DNA from: an uncultured Fibrobacteraceae bacterium
GTDB taxonomy: Bacteria > Krumholzibacteriota > Krumholzibacteriia > LZORAL124-64-63
Direction of reading: 5' to 3'
NCBI GenBank assembly: GCA_964607825.1
Contig: CAZSNA010000002.1
Span: 39,770-103,769 of the forward strand
Length of the DNA stretch: 64,000 nucleotides
Each line of letters opens with the position of its first letter. The first letter of the stretch is position 1. The notes under the pieces are model-generated. The model ran no database searches, was not told the DNA's origin, and was given only the letters and a program-made list of their open reading frames with translations. A program made the translations under genes and the position numbers. This document shows, one piece after another, positions 16,405 through 24,855 of this stretch.

Positions 16405-19400
16405 ATGTCCATGCGGTGTCTGTTCAATACTCTCGTTGCTCTCCTGATCATCGGCGTCGTCCTGCAGCTGGGCTGCGGTTCGTCATCCACGCCGACGGAG
16501 CCGGCTCCGGACCCGGAGCTGGTCGATCTGGCCGGTTCGGTCGCGGGCCATGACGCCGCCGACTTGACGATTCAAAGCTCCATCGGCGAATGGCCGGTGG
16601 GCGCGGACGGGGCCTTCACCGTCTCGGTACCCGCCAGCGGCGGCTGCCAGCTGGCCATCGTACAGTCGCCCGACGAGACCCCGGTCCTGCTGGGCTGGCT
16701 CGGCGAGTCGCGCCGGACCGTCGATCATCGGTCGACGGCCGAGGTCCTGGCCTACTTCGCCCTGGGCGGCTACCTCTTGCCGTTGGACCTCCAGATCGTG
16801 CTCATCGAGGCTCTGGAACAGGACGCGGGGGTGGACGACCTGGCCGCGGCCATCGAAGCCGCCCTGGCGGACGACGCCGCGAGCCTCGTCGATCACGACT
16901 CCGCGGGCGCCCAGGCCATCCGCGACGCCATCCTCGCCCTCTCGGCCCGCCTGGAACAGCTCTACGGCGCGGCGGCGCCGGGGGACAAGGCGATGCAGAT
17001 CAGCCCGTCCGACGCTCGCAGCGGCATCCACGTCCTGGCCGACGGCTCCCGGATCAACACGGTGCAGATCGTCAACGACTACCGCCGACGCAGCTACGCC
17101 GAGATCGGGCAGGACTCCTGGGTCCGGGAGGACGACGGCCAGACGGTGACCACGGGCACGTCCCACGAGGACTCGCCCCAGTGGGTCGACCCCACAAACG
17201 GCGTCGGCGAGGGTGTCCTGAACGTGACCGAGGACATCTTCAACGGCATCTACGACGTGGGGACCTTCGCCTACCAGCCGGTGCTGGCGGGCTCGTTCAC
17301 CCTACCCGTCCCCGAGGGGGCCTCCAGCGCCACCTACACGATCACCATCGTCGGTCCCGGCGCCGGCCTGGGCGACCTGCAGACGTTGACGCCGGAACAG
17401 CAGGATCAGGCCCTCTTCGTCACCGCCTACTCCCTGGTCACCGACCTGATCATCCCGGCGATGATGAGCATCATCATACCGGTCAGCACGGCCGATGCGG
17501 GGGCGACCGACGCCTTCACCCACGTCCTGACGTCGCCCGACGGGATCGCGATCCTGCAGGACATCACCAACCTCCTGCTGGCCGAGCCCGATCTGGTGTC
17601 GGACCTGCTCAACGGCGAGTTCGTGCAGGCCCTGACACGCTCGTGGGACACCATCATCCAGGGCGGCGCCTTCCAGACGGCGGCCATGAACTTCTTCGGC
17701 TACGCGATCCTGCACCTGGAGAGCCAGGGCGTGCTGAGCATGACCCAGGTCAACGCCGCCATCACCACGACCTCCACGATAGCCACCGTCTTCCGGGGAC
17801 TTGAGATCGCGAACCTCATCCTCGCCGCGGGCGATCTGGGCGTGGTCATCGCCCACATGGGCCTGTCGAACATGGCCGACGTGTGGACGATCACCGTGTT
17901 CCCGCCGGAGGTGCGCCTGTCGCCGGCGCTCAGCCGCATCGAACCGTTCGGGACCCAGACCCTGACCGCGGCCGTCCCCGAGCTGACCGGCAGCTCCTCG
18001 GACGTGACCTTCAAGTACCGCTGGAACTGCACGGGCCGGGCCGGCGTCATCGCCGACGCCGCGGGCCACTCAGGCACCAGCTTCGAGAGCAGTTACGAGT
18101 TCGTCTCCTACATCGCCGAGGCCGGCATCCCCGGCAACGACCAGGTGTCGGTGACGGTGACCCAGGTCGTCACCGGCGCCGGCGGCACGCAGGAATCGGA
18201 GATCGGCTCGGCCTCGGCGACCGTCATCGTGGGCGGCAACAGCACCTGGATCAGGCCCGAGGAGACGGACCTGCAGCCCGACGAGACGGTGACCCTGACC
18301 CTGTCGGTCTTCGTGGACGAGGACACGGGCGACCCGGCCGACCTGACCTACCAGTGGACCTGCGACGAGTCGTTCGGGACCGTGATCGCCGGCGGCACGC
18401 CGAGCGACTCCACGCTGACCTACCGGGCGGGATTCAACGCCGCCGAGGTCGACGAGATCGTCACCGCCGAGGCCTTCCTGCCCGGCGACGGAGGTCCCGA
18501 ATCCCAGGGCGAGTCCACCGCGATCCTCGCCGTGGCGCCGCCGGAACTGAGGATCACGCCCGTCGCGCCCATCGTGCTGCCCGAGGAATCGATCACGCTG
18601 ACGGCCAACGTCACGCCGACGCCCGACGGCACGCTGACCTACGTCTGGTCCTGCACCGACGACTACGGCGTCCTGAGCGGCTCCGGCGTCAGCGTCGACT
18701 ACGTCGCCGGCACCGACGATGGCCACGATATCGTGGAGGTCGAGATCACGCTGGCGCCCCCCGGCGGCGGGTCGGTGGTGCTGGGCACCGCGAGCGTGGC
18801 CGTCGAGGTGGACGAGCCCGTGCCGGGCGAGGCCTGCGTGCTCGAACTGGATACGATCAACAGCATCATGTACATCGACCCCACCGGGTATCGCTACTTC
18901 GACGTGGAGGTCCGGGACTGCTTCGACGAGCCCGTGGAGGGCGAGACCGTCACGCTGAGCATCGAGGGACCGGGGCACTTCGACGACACGGTCCTGGTCA
19001 CCGGTGCGGACGGTCGCGCCGACACGATCCTGCACGGCGACGCCATGGGCGCGGCCCGCATCACCGGCGAGACCAGCAACGGCGTCGTCGATGTCGTCTA
19101 CTGGGTCTTCGGCGGCGAGGTCGACGTGCTCCCGACCGAAGGGGTCCTGAGGACCGACAACGACGTCGTCGAGCTGGCCCTGACCCTCACGTCCGGAGAC
19201 ATGTTGGGCGCGCGGCTGGACTACGGCTGGACCGTCAGCCAGACGACCGTGGACAACTGGCACCACTACGCCGGCGACCTGGTCGTGAACGAATCCGATC
19301 CCACGCGCGCCACCCTCTACGCCGGCTGGGCTCCGGATCCCCCCGACATCATCCGGGTCGTGGCCGGAGCCTACGCCTACTGGGGCGAACAGCGCATCGG

Positions 19401-19899
19401 TCTGGGGCACGGCTTCTACGAGTTCACCACCACGTACAACCCCACGTCGGTCTCCGCCTCGGTCAATGTCCATATGTGTGAAGATCCCGGAGCGGGCTGG
19501 TACCGTGCGAAGGTCGACGGCCATTTTCAATGGGACGCCGCCGAGGGTGATTATTACCGCTACTTCCTGTATCACGAGGACTGCGAATCGGGCCCCTACG
19601 AGATGGACTTCATCGAAGTCGGCACGCTGAGGGGTATCCTCTGGTCCGATGAGTACCCGGACGACCACCCGTGCTGGTTGCCGGACAGGACGAAGGCCAC
19701 ATACTGGATGTTCACCGCAAATGCGTCGTTCGACGACCCGGACGATCGCGCGGCCTGGATCGACGCGCAGCGACAGGAAGCCCTGAGCATCATGCAGCCC
19801 TACAGCCTGGAGTACCAGGCGATCCCCGCGGACTGGCCGTCCGACCTGATCTACGGCGTGGTGGGGAGTGTGATGTTCCAGTGGAACTGTCCGGATTAG
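16405..19899 (+). CDS. very large lipoprotein with tandem Ig-like modules (hypothetical)
   Basis: ATG 16405 after AAAGGA. Lipobox VVLQLGC|GSS. Three ~100-aa repeats carry the motifs FKYRWNCTG / LTYQWTCDE / LTYVWSCTD. A Big_1/invasin-like module is present (VEGETVTLSIEGPGHF...GADGRADTILHGDAMGAARITGE). Confidence 0.7.
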   Translation: MSMRCLFNTLVALLIIGVVLQLGCGSSSTPTEPAPDPELVDLAGSVAGHDAADLTIQSSIGEWPVGADGAFTVSVPASGGCQLAIVQSPDETPVLLGWLGESRRTVDHRSTAEVLAYFALGGYLLPLDLQIVLIEALEQDAGVDDLAAAIEAALADDAASLVDHDSAGAQAIRDAILALSARLEQLYGAAAPGDKAMQISPSDARSGIHVLADGSRINTVQIVNDYRRRSYAEIGQDSWVREDDGQTVTTGTSHEDSPQWVDPTNGVGEGVLNVTEDIFNGIYDVGTFAYQPVLAGSFTLPVPEGASSATYTITIVGPGAGLGDLQTLTPEQQDQALFVTAYSLVTDLIIPAMMSIIIPVSTADAGATDAFTHVLTSPDGIAILQDITNLLLAEPDLVSDLLNGEFVQALTRSWDTIIQGGAFQTAAMNFFGYAILHLESQGVLSMTQVNAAITTTSTIATVFRGLEIANLILAAGDLGVVIAHMGLSNMADVWTITVFPPEVRLSPALSRIEPFGTQTLTAAVPELTGSSSDVTFKYRWNCTGRAGVIADAAGHSGTSFESSYEFVSYIAEAGIPGNDQVSVTVTQVVTGAGGTQESEIGSASATVIVGGNSTWIRPEETDLQPDETVTLTLSVFVDEDTGDPADLTYQWTCDESFGTVIAGGTPSDSTLTYRAGFNAAEVDEIVTAEAFLPGDGGPESQGESTAILAVAPPELRITPVAPIVLPEESITLTANVTPTPDGTLTYVWSCTDDYGVLSGSGVSVDYVAGTDDGHDIVEVEITLAPPGGGSVVLGTASVAVEVDEPVPGEACVLELDTINSIMYIDPTGYRYFDVEVRDCFDEPVEGETVTLSIEGPGHFDDTVLVTGADGRADTILHGDAMGAARITGETSNGVVDVVYWVFGGEVDVLPTEGVLRTDNDVVELALTLTSGDMLGARLDYGWTVSQTTVDNWHHYAGDLVVNESDPTRATLYAGWAPDPPDIIRVVAGAYAYWGEQRIGLGHGFYEFTTTYNPTSVSASVNVHMCEDPGAGWYRAKVDGHFQWDAAEGDYYRYFLYHEDCESGPYEMDFIEVGTLRGILWSDEYPDDHPCWLPDRTKATYWMFTANASFDDPDDRAAWIDAQRQEALSIMQPYSLEYQAIPADWPSDLIYGVVGSVMFQWNCPD

Positions 19900-19950
19900 G
19901 GTGGCGAGGCGATCGGGATTCATCGACGAAGCCGTGTCGTTCCGACGAGT

Positions 19951-19970
19951 GGGGGCGTGACAACGCCCCC
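19951..19970 (+). terminator. hairpin terminator after the lipoprotein gene
   Basis: GGGGGCG-TGACAA-CGCCCCC, about 50 nt after the stop at 19899. Confidence 0.5.
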
Positions 19971-20173
19971 GCTATGCCCTTGTGGTGACATGACATAATG
20001 GCAGCCGCTGGTCGCCCGTTGTACTCAGGTAAGAGTGTCTGATTCCTAACTCATTCTTTGTAAACGATTTACACGCAATCTCCCTTCCGGCCGTCTCCGG
20101 CACGCCCCCTGCAATACCCTTGAGACGACCCATCCGCGCTGATGCGCTTTCGGATAGAGAGAGGGAGAGCCCC

Positions 20174-22792
20174 ATGAAGAACCTGACCGTCAACGCCGCC
20201 GAGACCCTGCAGCGCGCCCAGTCCCGCGCCTACGAGACCGGCCACCCCGAGCTGGAGCCCCTGCACCTGCTGTGGGCCCTGCTGGCCGAGACCGGCGTCG
20301 CCGGCAGTGCCCTGCGCAGCCTCGAACTCGATCCCCGGCTCGTGCTGCGCACCGTCGAGGGCGAGCTGGCCAACCTGCCGACCGTCGAGCAGAAGGACGT
20401 GCCGGCGCCCGGCCGCGACCTGCAGCAGGTGTTGCTGGAGGCCCAGTCCCTGGCATCGCAGTCTTCCGGAGGCATGGTCGGCACGCGCGAGTTGCTGCTG
20501 GCCGTCGCCGCGGGCAACGGTCGCGCGGGCAGCGTGCTGAAGACCTTCGACGTCACGGCCGACAAGCTCGCCCGGGCCCTCGAGTCCGTCGGCGCCACCG
20601 GCGCCTACCAGGGCGACCAGGAGCCCGAGGTCGGCGGCGAGTCCGCCCTGGACCGCTACGCCCGCGACCTCTGCGCCGCCGCGCGCGACGGCAAGATCGA
20701 CCCGGTCATCGGCCGCGACGAGGAGATCCGCCGCGTGGTGCAGATCCTCTCGCGCCGCACCAAGAACAACCCCGTGCTCATCGGCAGCCCCGGCGTGGGC
20801 AAGACCGCCGTGGCCGAGGGCCTCGCCCGCCGACTGGTGGCCGGCGACGTGCCCGTCGGACTGCAGGGCAAGACCCTCTATACCCTGGACATGGGCGCCC
20901 TGCTCGCCGGCGCCAAGTACCGCGGCGAGTTCGAGGACCGGCTCAAGGGCGTGATCAAGGAAGTGACCGGGCGCGAGGGCGACACGCTGCTCTTCATCGA
21001 CGAGATGCACACGCTGGTCGGCGCCGGCGCCGCCGAGGGCGCCATGGACGCGTCGAACATCCTCAAGCCCGCCCTCGCCCGCGGCGAGTTGCACTGCATC
21101 GGCGCCACCACCCTCGACGAGTACCGCCGCCACATCGAGAAGGACCCCGCCCTGGAGCGGCGCTTCCAGCCGGTGATGATCGAGGAGCCCACGCGCGAGC
21201 AGGCCGTGGCCATCCTGCGCGGCCTGAAGGAGAAGTACGAGGTGCACCACGGCATCCGCGTGTCCGACTCGGCCGTCGTGGCGGCGGTGGACCTGTCGAG
21301 CCGCTACATCAGCGACCGGCAGCTCCCGGACAAGGCCATCGACCTGATGGACGAGGCCGCCTCGGAGCTGCGCATGGAGATCGACTCGGTGCCCGCCGAG
21401 GTGGACGTCCTGCAGCGACGCCGCGACCAGCTCGAGATGGAGAAGCTCGCGCTGGAGAGCGAGACCGAGGCGCAGGCCGTCGCCCGCCGCGAGGCCATCG
21501 AGCGCGAGCTGGCCGAGATGGAGGACGAGCTCGCGTCCCTGCGCGCCCGCTGGGAGCAGGAGAAGGCGGCCATCGACGACATCCGCGCCCTGCAGGCGGA
21601 GCAGGAGCGCCTCGGCACCGGGATCGAGGACGCCCAGCGCCGCGGCGACCTGGCGCAGGCCTCGCAGCTCAAGTACGGCCGCGCCAGCGAGCTGGAGACG
21701 GAGATCGACGCGGCCCGCGCGCGCCTGGTCGAGCTGCAGGGCGAGCGTCCGCTGCTGCGCGAGGAGGTGGAGGAGGAGGACATCGCGCGCCTGGTGGCCA
21801 AGTGGACCGGCATCCCGGCCCAGCGTTTGGTGGAGGACGAGACCGCCAAGCTGCGCGCGCTGGAGTCGCGCATCGCCGGGCGCGTCGTGGGCCAGGACCA
21901 CGCCGTCGCCCAGGTGGCGCGCACCGTGCGCCGCGCCCGCGCCGGCCTGACCGACCGCGACCGCCCCCTCGGATCGTTCCTGTTCCTCGGCCCGACCGGC
22001 GTAGGCAAGACCGAGCTCGTGAAGACCCTCGCCGCCGAGCTCTTCGGCGACGAGCGCCACATGGTGCGCCTGGACATGTCCGAGTACATGGAGCGCCATA
22101 GCGTGGCCCGCATGATCGGCGCCCCCCCCGGCTACGTGGGCTTCGAGTCGGGCGGACAGCTCACCGAGGCGGTCCGCCGCCACCCCTACACGGTGATCCT
22201 GCTGGACGAGGTGGAGAAGGCGCACCCCGAGGTGATGAACGTCCTGCTGCAGCTGCTCGACGACGGTCGCCTGACCGACGGCAAGGGCCGCGTGGTCGAC
22301 TTCCGCAACACCCTGGTGGTGATGACCAGCAACCTCTGCCAGGAGGAGCGTTTCGCGCCCCGCGCGGACCTCGACGAGGCCGGCCGCCGCGAGCAGGAGC
22401 AGGAGCTGCTGCAGTCGCTGGCCCAGCACTTCCGGCCCGAGTTCCTCAACCGCGTCGACGCGGTGGTGAGGTTCAACGCGCTCACGCGCGAGCTCATCCG
22501 CGTCATCGTGGAGCTGGAGCTGGCCAAGGTGGACGCCTCGCTGCGCGAGCAGCGCGTGCGCCTGAGCTGGACGCCGGCCGCGGTGGACCGTCTGGCCGAG
22601 CTGGGGTTCGACCCGCAGTTCGGCGCGCGGCCGGTGAAGCGCGTGATCCAGCGGGAGGTGCAGGACCGTCTGGCGGACGGGATCCTGGCGGGCGAGGTGT
22701 CGGCGGACGGGGAGGTGGAGCTGGACGTGGACGGTGACGGGTTCACGCTCGGCGCGGTGCTGTGCGGGGAGGTGAAGGAGGGGGAGGCGTGA
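20174..22792 (+). CDS. clpB: ATP-dependent chaperone/disaggregase ClpB
   Basis: ATG 20174 after GAGAGGGAGAG. Clp N-domain repeats, two AAA+ modules ([16 protein letters not shown]), a long coiled-coil middle domain, and [10 protein letters not shown] near the C-terminus. Confidence 0.95.
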   Translation: MKNLTVNAAETLQRAQSRAYETGHPELEPLHLLWALLAETGVAGSALRSLELDPRLVLRTVEGELANLPTVEQKDVPAPGRDLQQVLLEAQSLASQSSGGMVGTRELLLAVAAGNGRAGSVLKTFDVTADKLARALESVGATGAYQGDQEPEVGGESALDRYARDLCAAARDGKIDPVIGRDEEIRRVVQILSRRTKNNPVLIGSPGVGKTAVAEGLARRLVAGDVPVGLQGKTLYTLDMGALLAGAKYRGEFEDRLKGVIKEVTGREGDTLLFIDEMHTLVGAGAAEGAMDASNILKPALARGELHCIGATTLDEYRRHIEKDPALERRFQPVMIEEPTREQAVAILRGLKEKYEVHHGIRVSDSAVVAAVDLSSRYISDRQLPDKAIDLMDEAASELRMEIDSVPAEVDVLQRRRDQLEMEKLALESETEAQAVARREAIERELAEMEDELASLRARWEQEKAAIDDIRALQAEQERLGTGIEDAQRRGDLAQASQLKYGRASELETEIDAARARLVELQGERPLLREEVEEEDIARLVAKWTGIPAQRLVEDETAKLRALESRIAGRVVGQDHAVAQVARTVRRARAGLTDRDRPLGSFLFLGPTGVGKTELVKTLAAELFGDERHMVRLDMSEYMERHSVARMIGAPPGYVGFESGGQLTEAVRRHPYTVILLDEVEKAHPEVMNVLLQLLDDGRLTDGKGRVVDFRNTLVVMTSNLCQEERFAPRADLDEAGRREQEQELLQSLAQHFRPEFLNRVDAVVRFNALTRELIRVIVELELAKVDASLREQRVRLSWTPAAVDRLAELGFDPQFGARPVKRVIQREVQDRLADGILAGEVSADGEVELDVDGDGFTLGAVLCGEVKEGEA

Positions 22793-22826
22793 CGCGGAAG
22801 CGTCCGGTCGACAAGCCGCCGACGAA

Positions 22827-22855
22827 AAGAGCGGGGCCTCGCGGCCCCGCCCTCT
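22827..22855. terminator. GC-rich hairpin terminator between convergent clpB and the TIR gene
   Basis: GCGGGGCC-TCGC-GGCCCCGC core with an extended stem and an A-run upstream. It is near-identical to the hairpin at 24808-24831. Confidence 0.55.
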
Positions 22856-22880
22856 TGTCATTCCGGGCGTCCGACCGGAT

Positions 22881-24698
22881 TCATGACTCAATGAAGTAGA
22901 TCAACCGGTCGTTGAAGTGGATGTCGCTCAACTCGGGTGGCGGCTCCGGCACCGGGGGCCCCTCCAGGATCACCGGCAAGATGTCCGGTGGCTTCTCCTC
23001 GATGCCCCTCTTGCGCTCGAGAGCGTAGAGCACTTCCCGCTTCACCCACTCCGAGGCTTTGGCCGCCGAGGACCAGAAGAGCAGGAAGAGGTCCGCGTCG
23101 TCGATACGGCGGTAGAGCTCCTTCTCCCAGCGAGCGCCCGGGTCCAGGGAGAGCAGGTCCTGGAAGTACTCGATGTTCACCCCCGCGAGCATCTGGACCC
23201 GCTTGAGAACCTCGTTGCGGTCGGGTGTTGCGTATGAGACGAATGCGCTTTCGTACCTCTTGAGTCGACCTGACGCCGCGGATGCTGGCTCACGATCGGC
23301 CACCTCGCCCGCCCGATCCGCGACGCCGATCCGGAAGTGCACCCTGCCGCAGGGAACTCCGTCGCACAGTACTCGCAGGCAGCCGATGATCGTCTCACCG
23401 GCGAAGTCGTCCGGCACGTCGAGCTGGAAGGTCGCGCGCTTGGGATCGCCGCGCCAAATGAAGGATCGTACCGGATCGTCGATCCGCATGCCTGGAGACG
23501 ACAACTCCAGGCTGAGACGCTGGCCCCGCTCGACCAAGTCCTCCAGGCCTGATACGCCGAGCCGTTTCGCTTCCGGATCCATCTTGCGGTTGAGCGACTC
23601 CACGTGTTCCGCCTGGTCCGGTCGATGCGCCCAGGCCTCGACGATCGTGCTGCAGCCCATTCGGACACGGGGTTGGGAATAGACCGTGCAGTCGAGGTCG
23701 TCGCTGAGGGTGTCCGGTTCAACCTCGGCTCGTGCCGGAGTGATCGTTCCGAAGGGTTCGGTAGGGATGAGGAGAGGATGCCAGCCCTGAGGTCCCGTTC
23801 TGGGTGGAAGGACCAGGTCGCTGGAGCGAGGCAGCACGAGCGGCTCACTGATGGTGCTTGCTTCCAACGGCCCGCTCGGTCGAACGGCCATCGCCTCTTC
23901 GCCCGGTGCATCGTCCACGCCGCCGGATGAGCCCGGATCATCCGTGGTACCGACCATCGCGGAGATCCGGATCTCGCCCTGTGCGCCGGCAGCGGTCGCA
24001 TTGCCGAACAGCAGCGTTCCCTGCCCATCGAAGGAATCCACTAGATACTTCGTCGCGTCCGCCATTTCACTCAAACGAAGGTCGGAGGCCGCGATCGTGA
24101 TGATGATGGTTCCGTGGCGATCATCCAGTTCGCGTGCAATGGAGTCCGCGAGATGGCGTGCGCCCACAGTGCTCCGATCTGGGCCGGAGGAGACAACGGA
24201 ATGATGACGCCAGATGGAATCGCCTACATGAGGGCCCAGGATGTCCGCCAGGGGGGCGTTGATCTGGTCGGGTCCCAGCAGCGAGGCCAGGATGGAGGCG
24301 CACCCTGCCGGATCGGCGCCGTCATCAAGCAGCAACAGTCCGCCTGAGACCTCACGGAGCGCCTTGCGATGAAGAGCCGATGCCGGTGACTCGTCCGTCA
24401 CCCGCGGAGAGATGAAGTACGCGGATGCGGGAAGCTCCTCGGAGGCGAGAGCGAGCTGGCAGGCCATCATGCCGCTCTCGTCCACTTCCAGCTCCAGCAT
24501 CGCTACAATCCCCGCCCGTGCATCCAGGCGTTTTTTCAGGGGGATGTCGGACCCGGTCGCTTTCTCGAAGTCGTCCGGCTGCAGTTGGAGTAGATCCTCG
24601 GCGTCAAGGCCGTTATCGCGCAACGTGGTGAGCACCTGCTCTCCGTAGCCGCCGATCCCGACGAACAGAACACCTGTGGATCCCTTGTGCTCGTGCAT
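22881..24698 (-). CDS. degenerate FtsZ/tubulin-like domain - beta-sandwich - TIR domain protein
   Basis: ATG 24698 after GGGAGG. The N-terminus reads like FtsZ with degraded GTP motifs: VLFVGIGGYGEQVL resembles VIGVGGGGGNAV, LLLLDDGADPAGCASILA resembles FIAAGMGGGTGTGAAPVIA, and GTIIITIAASDLRLSEMADATKYL...GEIRISAMVGT resembles GVLVNITAGFDLRLDEFETVGNTI...DELRVTVVATG. The C-terminal 124 aa (nt 22884-23255) form a TIR domain: AFVSYATPDR...DLFLLFWSSAAKASEWVKREVLYA, with the conserved W..E glutamate. Codon usage is visibly less GC-biased than in neighbouring genes. Confidence 0.85.
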   Translation of the reverse strand: MHEHKGSTGVLFVGIGGYGEQVLTTLRDNGLDAEDLLQLQPDDFEKATGSDIPLKKRLDARAGIVAMLELEVDESGMMACQLALASEELPASAYFISPRVTDESPASALHRKALREVSGGLLLLDDGADPAGCASILASLLGPDQINAPLADILGPHVGDSIWRHHSVVSSGPDRSTVGARHLADSIARELDDRHGTIIITIAASDLRLSEMADATKYLVDSFDGQGTLLFGNATAAGAQGEIRISAMVGTTDDPGSSGGVDDAPGEEAMAVRPSGPLEASTISEPLVLPRSSDLVLPPRTGPQGWHPLLIPTEPFGTITPARAEVEPDTLSDDLDCTVYSQPRVRMGCSTIVEAWAHRPDQAEHVESLNRKMDPEAKRLGVSGLEDLVERGQRLSLELSSPGMRIDDPVRSFIWRGDPKRATFQLDVPDDFAGETIIGCLRVLCDGVPCGRVHFRIGVADRAGEVADREPASAASGRLKRYESAFVSYATPDRNEVLKRVQMLAGVNIEYFQDLLSLDPGARWEKELYRRIDDADLFLLFWSSAAKASEWVKREVLYALERKRGIEEKPPDILPVILEGPPVPEPPPELSDIHFNDRLIYFIES

Positions 24699-24807
24699 GC
24701 AGACCTCCCGTCGAGATGACGAAATGCGTGGGCGGTCCCCAGGATATCATGATGCGGTCTGGGGATATACCTCACGTACTCTGCGTCGGTCCGTAGCTGC
24801 AAAACAA

Positions 24808-24831
24808 GGGCGGGGCCTCGCGGCCCCGCCC
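24808..24831. terminator. GC-rich hairpin terminator after the LTD gene / upstream of the TIR gene
   Basis: GGGCGGGGCC-TCGC-GGCCCCGCCC, a perfect 10-bp stem preceded by AAAACAA. Confidence 0.55.
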
Positions 24832-24855
24832 TCTCTCGTACCCATCCGGGACGAC

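Noticed and set aside
20118-20147. Possible sigma32 heat-shock promoter upstream of clpB (CTTGAGA at 20119-20125).
   Set aside because: The sequence 13-15 nt downstream (TGATGCGC) does not resemble the CCCCATNT -10 element. One half-site match is not enough.
20069-22891. 940-aa minus-strand ORF and several 100-600-aa ORFs overlapping clpB.
   Set aside because: They are antisense or out-of-frame to an unmistakable ClpB and contain no motifs.
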